Source: Lingula anatina (Eukaryota; Animalia; Brachiopoda). From it: a DNA stretch of 64,000 bases. A model generated the notes under the pieces. That model worked only from the letters and a program-made list of their open reading frames with translations. It did not search any database and was not told the DNA's origin. The stretch lies in NCBI GenBank assembly GCA_051362555.1, contig CM120644.1:19118534-19182533 (forward strand). Reading direction: 5' to 3'. A program made the translations under genes and the position numbers. Below are positions 1 through 14,400 of this stretch, piece by piece. The first letter of the stretch is position 1. Every line of letters starts with the position of its first letter.

Positions 1-3000
1 TACAATACATGATATTTGGGAAGATTTAGGACATTGTCAAATATTCTGATAACAACAACCCCTTCCAGAAACCCATTTTAAGGAGTAATCTGCGTCCGGC
101 ATTGGTAGTAAGGAGAAGTCTTGTATGGGTATATATTGTTTTCCAGATGACAGTTACAGGTAATTTGCAACTTCTTACACAAACAACCTCAAATCATCAA
201 CAACCTCAATCACATTTGCTGTTTTCTTTCAGAGTAAATAATACATTGCAATATTGAAATATTTGTTTTGGTTAATTCTCACTCTTGTGATGGTCAATTT
301 CCAGTAAACTTGACACTTAAAAAAAGACACAGACAACTGATCAGTTTTTCCCAGGTTTTCATTGTTGTTAAGCATCATTTGTACAGATTTCAGAAACATT
401 GGACAATTTTTTTAAAAATTATTAACATGTAACTGTTTTAAGTCATGGAATTTTGCACTGCTCATTTTCAGTGTAATATTCAGTTTTCTCAAATATATCA
501 TTCGAAGACAACTTTTCATTAGTCACAGTCAACTGGTCAGCTTATCACAGATTTTTATTGTTGTTAAGCATCATTTGTACAAATTTCAGAATTATTGGAC
601 AAAATTTGACAAAATTATTAACGTTTAACTATTTTAAGTCCTCAGATTCCCAGTCTTTTCAATGTAATTTTTCAGTTTTCCCAAATATATTGTCTTAGAA
701 AACACTTTTCATTAAATACAGACAACTGATCAGCTTATCACAGATTTTAATTGTTGTTAAGCATCATTTGTACAAATATTAGAAATATTGGTCTAGATTT
801 GACAAAATTATTAACATTTAACTATTTTAAGTCACTGAATTTGCCATTCTTTTCAATGTAATTTTCAGTTCTTTCAGTTATATTGTTCTTTTTCCAGAGT
901 ACCCTTACCAAGAAAAAGCAGGAGGTGAAAGACAGCACCAAGAGCAGCACTATGTCTTATCCATGTGTACAATACATGATATTTGGCAAGATTTAGGACA
1001 TTGTCAAGTATTGTGATAACAACAACCCCTTCTAGAAATCCATTTTAAGGAGTAATCTGCATCTGGCATTGGTAGTAAGGAGAAGTCTTGTATGGATATA
1101 TATTGTTTTCCAGGTGACAGTTATAGGTAATTTGCAACCTCTTACACAAACAACCCCAAATCATCACATTTGCTGTTTTCTTTTGAGTAAATAATATATT
1201 GCAATATTGAAATATTTGTTTTGGTTAATTCTCACTCTTCTGATGATCAATTTCTCATAAACTTAACACTTAAAAAAAAAACACAGACAACTGATCAGCT
1301 TATCACAGATTTTTATTGTTGTTATGCATCACTTTTACAAATTTCATAAACATTGGACCAGATTTGACAAAATTATTAATGTTTAACTATTTTAAGTCAT
1401 AGAATTTTGCACTGTTAATTTTCAGTGTAATATTCAGTTTTCTCAAATATATCATCCAAAGACAACACTTATCATTAAACACACTCAATTGATTAGCTTA
1501 TCACAAATTATTATTGTTGTTAAGCATCATTTGTACAGATTTCAGAAACATTGGACCAGATTTGACAAAATTATTAACGTTTAACTATTTTTAAGTCATG
1601 GAATTTTGCACTGTTAATTTTCAGTGTAATATTCAGTTTTCTCAAATATATCATCCGTAGACAATACTTTTCATTTGACATAGTCAACTGATCAGCTTAT
1701 CACAGATTTTGATTGATGTTAATTATCATTTCTTCAAACCTCATAAACATTGGACAAGATTTGACAAAATTATTAATGTTTAACTATTTTAAGGCCTGCA
1801 ATTTGCCAGTCTCTTCAATGTAATTTTTAGTTTTCCCAAATATATTGTCCCAAAAAACACTTTTCATTAGTCACAGTCAACTGATCAGCTTATCACAGAT
1901 TTTTATTGATGTTAATTATCATTTGTTCAAATTTCATAAACATTGGACAAGATTTGACAAAATTATTTATGTTTTACTATTATAAGGCCTGCGATTTGCC
2001 AGTCTTTTCAATGTAATTTTTCAGTTTTCCCAAATATATTGTCTTAGAAAACACTTTTCATTAAATACAGACAACTGATCAGCTTATCACAGATTTTTAT
2101 TGTTGTTAAGCATCATTTGTACAAATATAAGAAATATTGGTCTAGATTTGACAAAATTATTAATGTTTAACTATTTTAAATCATTGAATTTGCCAGTCTT
2201 TTCAATGTAATTTTCAGTTCTTTCAGTTATATTGTTCTTTTTCCAGAGTACCCTTACCATGAAAAAGCAGGCATTGAAAGACAGCACCAAGAGCAGCACT
2301 ATATCTTATCCATGTGTACAATACATGATATTTGGCAAGATTTAGGACTTTGTCAACTATTGTGATAACAACAACCCCTCCAAGAAACCCATTGTAAGGA
2401 GTAATCTGCATCTGGCATTGGTAGTAAGGAGAAGTCTTGTATGGGTATATATTGTTTTCCAGATGACAGTTATAGGTAATTTGCAACTTCTTTCACAAAC
2501 AACCTGAAATCATCACATTTGCTGTTTTCTTTCAGAGAAAATAATACATTGTAATATTGAAATATTTGTTTTGGTTAATTCTCACTCTTCTGATGATCAA
2601 TTTCCCATTAACTTTACCATTACAAAAAGACACAAACAACTGATCAGCTTATCACAGATTTTTATTGTTGTTAAGCATCATTTGTACAAATTTCAGAAAC
2701 ATTGGACAAGATTTGACAAAATTATTAATGTTCAACTATTTAAAGACCTGTGATTTGGCAGTCTTTTCAATGAAATTTTCAGTTTTCCCAAATATATTGT
2801 CCTAAAAAAACACTTTTTTAGATACAGTCAACTGATCAGCTTATCACAGATTTTCATTGTTGTTAAGCATCATTTGTTCAAAGTTCAGAAATATTGGACA
2901 AGATTTGACAAAATTATTAATGTTTAACTATTTTAACTCATTATTTGCCAGTCTTTTTAAAGAAATTTTCAGGTCTTTCAGTTATATTGTTCTTTTTCCA

Positions 3001-6000
3001 GAGTACCCTTACCATGAAAACGCAGGCAGTGAAAGACAGCACCAAGAGCAGTACTCTGTCTTATCCATGTATACAATACATGATATTTGGGAAGATTTAG
3101 GACATTGTCAAATATTCTGATAACAACAACCCCTTCCAGAAACCCATTTTAAGGAGTAATCTGCGTCCGGCATTGGTAGTAAGGAGAAGTCTTGTATGGG
3201 TATATATTGTTTTCCAGATGACAGTTACAGGTAATTTGCAACTTCTTACACAAACAACCTCAAATCATCAACAACCTCAATCACATTTGCTGTTTTCTTT
3301 CAGAGTAAATAATACATTGCAATATTGAAATATTTGTTTTGGTTAATTCTCACTCTTGTGATGGTCAATTTCCAGTAAACTTGACACTTAAAAAAAGACA
3401 CAGACAACTGATCAGTTTTTCCCAGGTTTTCATTGTTGTTAAGCATCATTTGTACAGATTTCAGAAACATTGGACAATTTTTTTAAAAATTATTAACATG
3501 TAACTGTTTTAAGTCATGGAATTTTGCACTGCTCATTTTCAGTGTAATATTCAGTTTTCTCAAATATATCATTCGAAGACAACTTTTCATTAGTCACAGT
3601 CAACTGGTCAGCTTATCACAGATTTTTATTGTTGTTAAGCATCATTTGTACAAATTTCAGAATTATTGGACAAAATTTGACAAAATTATTAACGTTTAAC
3701 TATTTTAAGTCCTCAGATTCCCAGTCTTTTCAATGTAATTTTTCAGTTTTCCCAAATATATTGTCTTAGAAAACACTTTTCATTAAATACAGACAACTGA
3801 TCAGCTTATCACAGATTTTAATTGTTGTTAAGCATCATTTGTACAAATATTAGAAATATTGGTCTAGATTTGACAAAATTATTAACATTTAACTATTTTA
3901 AGTCACTGAATTTGCCATTCTTTTCAATGTAATTTTCAGTTCTTTCAGTTATATTGTTCTTTTTCCAGAGTACCCTTACCAAGAAAAAGCAGGAGGTGAA
4001 AGACAGCACCAAGAGCAGCACTATGTCTTATCCATGTGTACAATACATGATATTTGGCAAGATTTAGGACATTGTCAAGTATTGTGATAACAACAACCCC
4101 TTCTAGAAATCCATTTTAAGGAGTAATCTGCATCTGGCATTGGTAGTAAGGAGAAGTCTTGTATGGATATATATTGTTTTCCAGGTGACAGTTATAGGTA
4201 ATTTGCAACCTCTTACACAAACAACCCCAAATCATCACATTTGCTGTTTTCTTTTGAGTAAATAATATATTGCAATATTGAAATATTTGTTTTGGTTAAT
4301 TCTCACTCTTCTGATGATCAATTTCTCATAAACTTAACACTTAAAAAAAAACACAGACAACTGATCAGCTTATCACAGATTTTTATTGTTGTTATGCATC
4401 ACTTTTACAAATTTCATAAACATTGGACCAGATTTGACAAAATTATTAATGTTTAACTATTTTAAGTCATAGAATTTTGCACTGTTAATTTTCAGTGTAA
4501 TATTCAGTTTTCTCAAATATATCATCCAAAGACAACACTTATCATTAAACACACTCAATTGATTAGCTTATCACAAATTATTATTGTTGTTAAGCATCAT
4601 TTGTACAGATTTCAGAAACATTGGACCAGATTTGACAAAATTATTAACGTTTAACTATTTTTAAGTCATGGAATTTTGCACTGTTAATTTTCAGTGTAAT
4701 ATTCAGTTTTCTCAAATATATCATCCGTAGACAATACTTTTCATTTGACATAGTCAACTGATCAGCTTATCACAGATTTTGATTGATGTTAATTATCATT
4801 TCTTCAAACCTCATAAACATTGGACAAGATTTGACAAAATTATTAATGTTTAACTATTTTAAGGCCTGCAATTTGCCAGTCTCTTCAATGTAATTTTTAG
4901 TTTTCCCAAATATATTGTCCCAAAAAACACTTTTCATTAGTCACAGTCAACTGATCAGCTTATCACAGATTTTTATTGATGTTAATTATCATTTGTTCAA
5001 ATTTCATAAACATTGGACAAGATTTGACAAAATTATTTATGTTTTACTATTATAAGGCCTGCGATTTGCCAGTCTTTTCAATGTAATTTTTCAGTTTTCC
5101 CAAATATATTGTCTTAGAAAACACTTTTCATTAAATACAGACAACTGATCAGCTTATCACAGATTTTTATTGTTGTTAAGCATCATTTGTACAAATATAA
5201 GAAATATTGGTCTAGATTTGACAAAATTATTAATGTTTAACTATTTTAAATCATTGAATTTGCCAGTCTTTTCAATGTAATTTTCAGTTCTTTCAGTTAT
5301 ATTGTTCTTTTTCCAGAGTACCCTTACCATGAAAAAGCAGGCATTGAAAGACAGCACCAAGAGCAGCACTATATCTTATCCATGTGTACAATACATGATA
5401 TTTGGCAAGATTTAGGACTTTGTCAACTATTGTGATAACAACAACCCCTCCAAGAAACCCATTGTAAGGAGTAATCTGCATCTGGCATTGGTAGTAAGGA
5501 GAAGTCTTGTATGGGTATATATTGTTTTCCAGATGACAGTTATAGGTAATTTGCAACTTCTTTCACAAACAACCTGAAATCATCACATTTGCTGTTTTCT
5601 TTCAGAGAAAATAATACATTGTAATATTGAAATATTTGTTTTGGTTAATTCTCACTCTTCTGATGATCAATTTCCCATTAACTTTACCATTACAAAAAGA
5701 CACAAACAACTGATCAGCTTATCACAGATTTTTATTGTTGTTAAGCATCATTTGTACAAATTTCAGAAATATTGGACAAGATTTGACAAAATTATTAATG
5801 TTCAACTATTTAAAGACCTGTGATTTGGCAGTCTTTTCAATGAAATTTTCAGTTTTCCCAAATATATTGTCCTAAAAAAACACTTTTTTAGATACAGTCA
5901 ACTGATCAGCTTATCACAGATTTTCATTGTTGTTAAGCATCATTTGTTCAAAGTTCAGAAATATTGGACAAGATTTGACAAAATTATTAATGTTTAACTA

Positions 6001-9000
6001 TTTTAACTCATTATTTGCCAGTCTTTTTAAAGAAATTTTCAGGTCTTTCAGTTATATTGTTCTTTTTCCAGAGTACCCTTACCATGAAAACGCAGGCAGT
6101 GAAAGACAGCACCAAGAGCAGTACTCTGTCTTATCCATGTATACAATACATGATATTTGGGAAGATTTAGGACATTGTCAAATATTCTGATAACAACAAC
6201 CCCTTCCAGAAACCCATTTTAAGGAGTAATCTGCGTCCGGCATTGGTAGTAAGGAGAAGTCTTGTATGGGTATATATTGTTTTCCAGATGACAGTTACAG
6301 GTAATTTGCAACTTCTTACACAAACAACCTCAAATCATCAACAACCTCAATCACATTTGTGTTTTCTTTCAGAGTAAATAATACATTGCAATATTGAAAT
6401 ATTTGTTTTGGTTAATTCTCACTCTTGTGATGGTCAATTTCCAGTAAACTTGACACTTAAAAAAAGACACAGACAACTGATCAGTTTTTCCCAGGTTTTC
6501 ATTGTTGGTAAGCATCATTTGTACAGATTTCAGAAACATTGGACAATTTTTTTTTAAATTATTAACATGTAACTGTTTTAAGTCATGGAATTTTGCACTG
6601 CTCATTTTCAGTGTAATATTCAGTTTTCTCAAATATATCATTCGAAGACAACTTTTCATTAGTCACAGTCAACTGGTCAGCTTATCACAGATTTTTATTG
6701 TTGTTAAGCATCATTTGTACAAATTTCAGAATTATTGGACAAAATTTGACAAAATTATTAACGTTTAACTATTTTAAGTCCTCAGATTCCCAGTCTTTTC
6801 AATGTAATTTTTCAGTTTTCCCAAATATATTGTCTTAGAAAACACTTTTCATTAAATACAGACAACTGATCAGCTTATCACAGATTTTAATTGTTGTTAA
6901 GCATCATTTGTACAAATATTAGAAATATTGGTCTAGATTTGACAAAATTATTAACATTTAACTATTTTAAGTCACTGAATTTGCCATTCTTTTCAATGTA
7001 ATTTTCAGTTCTTTCAGTTATATTGTTCTTTTTCCAGAGTACCCTTACCAAGAAAAAGCAGGAGGTGAAAGACAGCACCAAGAGCAGCACTATGTCTTAT
7101 CCATGTGTACAATACATGATATTTGGCAAGATTTAGGACATTGTCAAGTATTGTGATAACAACAACCCCTTCTAGAAATCCATTTTAAGGAGTAATCTGC
7201 ATCTGGCAATGGTATTGAAGGGAAGTCTTGTATGGGTATATATTGTTTTCCAGACGACAGTTATAGGTAATTTGCAACCTCCTACACAAACAACCTCAAA
7301 TAATCAACAACCTCAATCACATTAGCCGTTTTCTTTCAGAATAAATAATACATTGCAATATCGAAATATTTGTTTTGGTTAGTTCTCACTCTTGTGATGA
7401 TCAATTTCCCATAAACTTGACACTTAAAAAGAGACACAGACAACTGATCAGCTTATCCCAGATTTTTATTGTTGTTAAGCATCATTTTTCCAGATTTCAG
7501 AAATATTTGACAAGATTTGACACAATTATTAAGGTTTAACTATTTGAAGTCCTGGGATTTGCAAGCCTTTTCAATGTAATTTTCAGTTTTCCCAAATATA
7601 TTGTTCCAAAAAACACTTTTCATTAGATTCAATCAACTGATCAGTTTATCACAGATTTTTATTGTTGTTAAGCATTATTTGTACAAATATCAGAAATATT
7701 GGTCTAGATTTGACAAAATTATTAACATTTAACTATTGTAAGTCACTGAATTTGCCATTCTTTTCAATGTAATTTTCAGTTTTCTCAGTTATATTTTTTC
7801 TTTTTCCAGAGTACCCTTACAATGAAGAAGCAGGCAGTGAAAGACAGCACCAAGAGCAGTACTATGTCTTATCCATGTGTACAATACATGATATTTGGCA
7901 AGATTTAGGACATTGTCAAATATTCTGATAACAACAACCCCTTCCAGAAACCCATTGTAAGAAGTAATCTGCATCTGGCATTGGTAGTAAGGAGAAGTCT
8001 TTTATGGGTATATATTGTTTCCAGATGACAGTTATAGGTAATTTGCAACTTCTTACACAAACAACCTCAAATCATCAACAACCTCAATCACATTTGCTGT
8101 TTTCTTTCAGAGTAAATAATACATTGCATTATAGAAATGTTTGTTTTGGTTAATTCTCACTCTTGTGATGATCAATTTCCAGTAAACTTGACACTTAAAA
8201 AAAGACACAGACAACTGATCAGTTTTCCCCAGGTTTTTATTGTTGTTAAGCATCATTTGTACAGATTTCAGAAACATTGGACATATTTTTTTTTTAATTA
8301 TTAACATGTAACTATTTTAAGTCATGGAATTTTGCACTGCTCATTTTCAGTGTAATATTCAGTTGTCTCAAATATATCATTCGAAGACAACTTTTCATTA
8401 GTCACAGTCAACTGATCAGCTTATCACAGGTTTTTATTGTTGTTAAGCATCATTTGTACAAATTTTAGAAATATTGGACAAGATTTGACAAAATTATTAA
8501 CGTTTAACTATTTTAAAGCCTGGGATTTGCCAGTCTTTTCAATGTAATTTTCAGTTTTCCCAAATATGTTGTCCCCCCCAAAAAAACACTTTTCATTTGA
8601 CACAGTCGACTGATCAGCTTATCACAGATTTTTATTGTTGTTAAGCATTATTTGTACAAATATAAGAAATATTGGTCTAGATTTGACAAAATTATTAACA
8701 TTTAACTATTTTAAGTCACTGAATTTGCCATTCTTTTCAATGTAATTTTCCGTTCTTTCAGTTATATTGTTCTTGTTCCAGAGTACCCTTACAATGAAGA
8801 AGCAGGCAGTGAAAGACAGCACCAAGAGCAGCACTATGTCTTATCCATGTGTACAATACATGATATTTGGCATGATTTAGGACTTTGTCAAATATTGTGA
8901 TAACAACAACCCCTTCCAGAAACCCATTGTAAGGAGTAATCTCTATCCGGCATTGGTAGTAAGGAGAAGTCTTGTATGGGAATATATTGTTTTCCAGATG

Positions 9001-9530
9001 ACAGTTATAGGTAATTTGCAACTCCTACACAAACAACCTCAAATTATCAACAACCTCAATCACATTTGCTGTTTTCTTTCAGAGTAAATAATACATTGCA
9101 ATATTGACATATTTGTTTTGGTTAATTCTCACTCTTGTGATGATCAATTTCCCAAAAACTTGACACTTAACAAAAGACACAGACAACTGATCAGCTTATC
9201 CCATATTTTTATTGTTGTTAAGCATCATTTGTTCAGATTTCAGAAAGATTTGACAAGATTTGACAAAATTTTTAACATTTAACTATTTTAAGGCCTGGGA
9301 TTTGCCAGTCGTCTCAATGTAATTTTCAGTTTTCCCAAATATATTGTCCCAAAAAACACTTTTCATGAAACACAATAACTTGATCAGCTTATCACAGTTT
9401 TTTATTGTTGTTAACCATCATTTGCACAAATTTCAGAATCATTGGACAAGATTTGTCAAAATTATTAATTTTTAACCCTTTTTAGCCATGGGATTTAACA
9501 GTCTTTTCATTGTAATCATTCATATAAGCA
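1..9530. repeat. Complex tandem satellite: ~410-bp module A interspersed with runs of a ~195-bp module B; ~3070-bp higher-order repeat (A-B3-A-B5-A-B2), open at the window start
   Basis: Position 1 recurs at 3072 and 6142, and identical ORFs recur at 2223 and 5293. The A anchor ttccagagtaccctt occurs at ~893, 2241, 2996, 3963, 5311, 6066, 7032, 7804 and 8776. The B anchor aactgatcagcttatc recurs every ~193-200 bp. Copies become more divergent after ~7200. Confidence 0.97.
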
Positions 9531-9958
9531 AAACTCGTAACATATGCCCCAGACTCATAAACTCTGCAGCATTCTGAAAAAAACTTTGATTGACTCTCAT
9601 AAAGATATGTTAAGGTGGAACACAGTCATCAGGGATTGCAAAGAATGGTTGAAGATATGGCAGAACATGGGCTCAAATCTGACTGGATGCAAATGCTGTG
9701 TACCTATGATTTTTCTACAGAATAACTTTGCATAATAATTGTTAGGTAAATGACGGTCTTCAAGTTTCACATGACATGTTTTCTAAGTAGTTGTTTATCA
9801 GAACGGTAATTTTCATATGAAGCAGTGTTTTAAATTAAATTTACAGAGTGGCTTTATTTGGTAGAGAGACAGGTTGCTGTCTATATTGGCAAGGTGAATT
9901 ATTTGTTTAATGATGTAAAATAAAAGAAAGCTTTTCTAAAGAACTAAACATGTTTTTC

Positions 9959-10543
9959 GAGGGTAGGGAATACCCCCCTTAATCACCAATAACAAAGAAT
10001 TAAAACAAGTCAATCACCAATCACAAAGATATATTCAGGTCAATCACCAATCACGAGGAATTGAAAGCTATCACCATTCATCAAGATAGAAAATTGACGT
10101 ACTTGCAGGAATGCAAAGAATTTATAACATTACCAGAATGACAGGAATCGTCTGCTTAGAGATATTCAGCCATTCTCATTGGTCAGGATTGATGGAGACT
10201 AAGGCAATGAATTGAAACGGAAACTAGCGAACCGCACATTTTCACCTTTTGACCTTCCTTGTTTGAAGAGTTTGTTGAATTTATATCCAGTGAGTGATCG
10301 CCTTACAATCATGCTGCAAAGTTCAGGACATTCTAGAACAAATTCCTGTAATGCTAATTAAACGTTTTCACAAATCACAGATTTGGGAGGGTAAATCATG
10401 AATCACGTTGATGAATTTTTACCAATAACGTGGTACAAAGAAGTTCCTGAATCACATTTCACTCAGAATATTGGGCTCAAGTAACGCATCACACTCGAAA
10501 AATAAGTCGATCACGCGGAACACAAAAGGTATTCCCTACCCTC
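9959..10543. mobile_element. MITE, ~585 bp, 16-bp perfect TIR GAGGGTAGGGAATACC
   Basis: TIRs at 9959-9974 and 10528-10543 with subterminal aatcac repeats. No clean TSD found, so the superfamily is unassigned. Confidence 0.85.
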
Positions 10544-11499
10544 CTTTTCTACCTAACTTGTCATATGACATACTAATAGGATAATAATTTATTAAACCAA
10601 TAAGATATATCTTTTTTGGTGTCTGTCTATTTGCAAGCTTTGCTGTCTTGTTTTTCTTGTCTGTTTTGAAATAAGGCCATTAAGAACTTAAAAATATGCA
10701 GAAATTTCACATCTTTTTCAGTCAACCTGAACTTCCACTTCATGCAAACTTTATTCAGGATACTGTTCACCCCTCCCCCTCCCCCCCCCCCCTTATTAAG
10801 CAGGAAGTGAGTTAATTTTTCTGACTAACAAATGTACATGTAAAATTTGTAAAGTTGATGATGAGATCATACATAAAGGACTGAAAAAGTTTATATAATC
10901 ACTGCCAGTTTGAAATTGAAATATATTATTTTCATTTTACAGGGATTTGAGAAGTTGGCAAGCACGGCTGCACCAAAATTCTTTCACAATGAATATAAAG
11001 ACTCAGAGTAAGTTTAACTTAATAATGCGTAATAATTGCAATAACTGTTGTTTTGGTGGTATAATAGAATTTATTATATTTCGAAGTTGTTTACAATGTA
11101 TTTATTGGAAATTATGGTTCTCATATGATTTGTTACAGTTGACAATATTCTTGGCATCTATATAAGCTTCAAAACTTTTATTGCCAGGATAATCTTTATT
11201 TTAAGGTGGCTGCCATGAGCTTAATGAAGAATGCAGAAAAGGGTAACATCATATTCCACTTAAATTTCACTCAGCGTCATCAGAAATCTATATAAGATAA
11301 ATTCTAAAATAATACATTTAAATTCAACAAAGGCTATCCCTAAGGTCTTTATCAAAAAGTTACAAAGTCAGGCAATTCTTCTAGTCACAGGTCATTAATT
11401 CTACTTAATTTATTGTCACTGTTAGACAGCACAGGTATATGTCTCCTTGTGGTCATTGTAAAATATGGATAATATGAACCAGATATAATGTTCTAGCTA

Positions 11500-14400
11500 C
11501 TATTTAGAGCAGACAACACATGCTAGTTCTCTTCCATCCACATATGGTGGACAGGGGAGGGCACCACACTTAGCTTCAGCAGTGTAAAACAAGGCGCCAT
11601 CTTTGCCTTCATGACCCCCAGCTACCACTTCTGGAGCTTCATCAAGGCAGACAAACTCTGTTCTCTGGTGTGTTTCATAAGCTGATACCAGGTATCCATT
11701 GTACTCTGTTGTCCACCCAGCTGGACATGTCTTCTTGGCTGGTATCATCACATGACTGGGGCGTGTTTGGGTGTGGCATACAGCGCAGGGGGCATCATGG
11801 TCCAAAAAGTTCTGACCTCCTGTATTGGTTGTTGAAAATATGTTAGGCTTAACATATTCATATTCCACCCCATGTATGTAAGAACCTAAATCTTGCCCTC
11901 CATCTTGGTATTTCCCCCACTCTGGTGTCTGTGGCAAACACAGGTAATTACTGCCTCCTCCAGTTTTGCTGTAGTAGGTTCCAGCAGATATCCCTGATAT
12001 AAAAAGTTATAAAAAACATTTTTAAAGATTTTAATTTGTAACCAAAGGTGTTAAATTCAAAATTATATATATATAATTTAAACATTTTTATTATCATTGA
12101 CATTGTTATTATGATTTTGAATGAAAGGTTTAATAGAACCACACTTAAGAAAGATGTACTTTTAGCACTTTACCTTTGTACAAAAGCTTTGAATGTGTTG
12201 AACAAGTTGTTCTGCCCCAACGTGTGTAAACTGCCCCACCTTGGCTAGTATTGGTTGGTATACCTGAAAACATACATTAAGCCTACAGAACCATGTTGCA
12301 TGAACTGCTCCACCATGGCTGGTGGTGCTCTTATACATACTAATATGAAAATGTACACTTTCAAAACAGACATCTTAATGATCAACTTAATGTTGCACAG
12401 CTACCTTTATCCCATTCAAAAGCATACCAGCCTCATAGCTAATTAAGTAAAAATGAAAAAAAAAACATTTATGAAGCAGAGAAATGGAGCATGCATTCCC
12501 CCAAATTAAAGAATTTAAAAAATTAAATGGAAGAGGTTCATGTAGTTAAAGCACCAGACAAACCTGTGGGTGGCACCCCTTTCTTAGCTCCAATTTGTCC
12601 CAACATTTGTTTGAGGGTATCCAATGTTAGAGATCCTGGGTCCCCTTTAGGTCCAGGTGGTCCCTTAGAAAATTGAACAAAAATAATAAAACCGATATTG
12701 AATAAAGTAACAGATATTATTATGTTTCAATATAAACTGATGCATTATCATGAAATTTCAAGACTTTAGTGGAAGTCTTGGTTTTTTGATTGCATTTTAT
12801 TCAAATTCTCAATTAAAATAAATATAAATTTTCAGTCTAAATTTTGAATTACAAAACAAGTGCAGATATATCTATCACATTTTAATTCCAAATTACTATG
12901 ATGCCTTATTTATCTAGTAGTTAGCCCCTAAGTTTTACCTGTATTCCATCTCTGCCATCTTTACCATCTCTCCCAGGTAATCCCTGTGGTCCCTGAACAC
13001 TGGTCCTTGAGGAGTTGACAACTGAAACATAAATCTTAGTGATAACAATTTATACATTTATTTGGATAATAAGTCTTCTGGGAATCAATGTAATTCTTAA
13101 TTTCATATTATTTTGGACAGTTACCTTACCATTCAGAAGGCATCAGTTAGTCATCTCAACTTCGGGGCAAACATAGCCAAGAGGTGACCTCACTCAATAT
13201 CAATAAATGTGTAATACTAAGTAGTGCAGGTAAATTGATATATAAATTAACATATCATTTCAACCTGATATTTTACTGTTAAAACTTATTTTAAATAAAC
13301 ATCATGAAAGCTAATTGTTAAAACAATTGGTTTTCATGATGTTTATTTAAAACAAGGCAGCAAAGCTGTCAAATGTACAGACAAAAAGCAGGAAATAACT
13401 ATGCACAAAATAGGCTACCGTCAATTCTGATGCAAAAGTACATTATGTTAAACTGCAAATTCAACATCAAATTTTAATTATGCTCAACAGGTAATACCAA
13501 TGTAAGTAAAACGTGTAACAAGCATAAAGCTTCAGGCCCATGGGAGTTCAAGTTCACACTTTGAAAATGTATAACTTCCAGAAAAAGAAGCCAATTAGAC
13601 TACTTTTCCAACCCAGGCTGCATTTTAGTCCTGCATTTCTTTTTTGAACATTTGGCAATCATAAGTAACATGGTTTTCCCATAATGGTCATCATGGCAGC
13701 AGCACCCATAATTGTTTTCTTCTATTCTGATGCAATATTACATATTGGTTAACAGCATAATGACCGTCAATTTTTAATAATAAAATATACGTATCATGGA
13801 TTTTCAGAAAATGTGACTAGCATGGGTCTTCAAGCATGTAGAACTTCAAAGTCACACCTTGAAAATGCCAATATGTGAAATATGCTGAAAAGTGAAAAAA
13901 AAAGCATAACTTCTACAATAATGGCCCGATCATGCTGATTTTCGAACTTGACCTGCGTTTTATGAATATTCATCAGCTCTGTAAATATAAAGCCCAAAAG
14001 TAAAACTGCCTTCCACTTATCGTGTTTACAATGAAAGTGCACGGCGCCGGCGCCGGCAATGACGGCGACGACAGATGCAGGTGATGGCAATATGTACAGA
14101 CACATCTATATATATATTTACTGTACTGTTTGAGAACAGTAAGTGACATGGTTTTTCTTAAATGGTCATCATGGGAGCAGTGCCCAAAATAGTTTTTTTT
14201 CAAATTTTGATGCAATATTACATAATGTTTAACAGCATAATGACCATCAATTTTTAATAATAAAATATTAGTATCATGGATATTCAGAAAATGTGACTAG
14301 CAAAGGTCTTCAGGCCCATGGAACTTCAAAGTCACAACTTGAAAATGCCAAAATGTAAATAAGACAGCACTGTTCTGAAATGTTTTTTTTTTCCCATTTT

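Noticed and set aside
2223-9021. Repeated 60-96 aa ORFs in the satellite as a gene family
   Set aside because: They mostly use non-ATG starts, other copies carry in-frame stops, and no domain is recognisable. They are by-products of the repeat.
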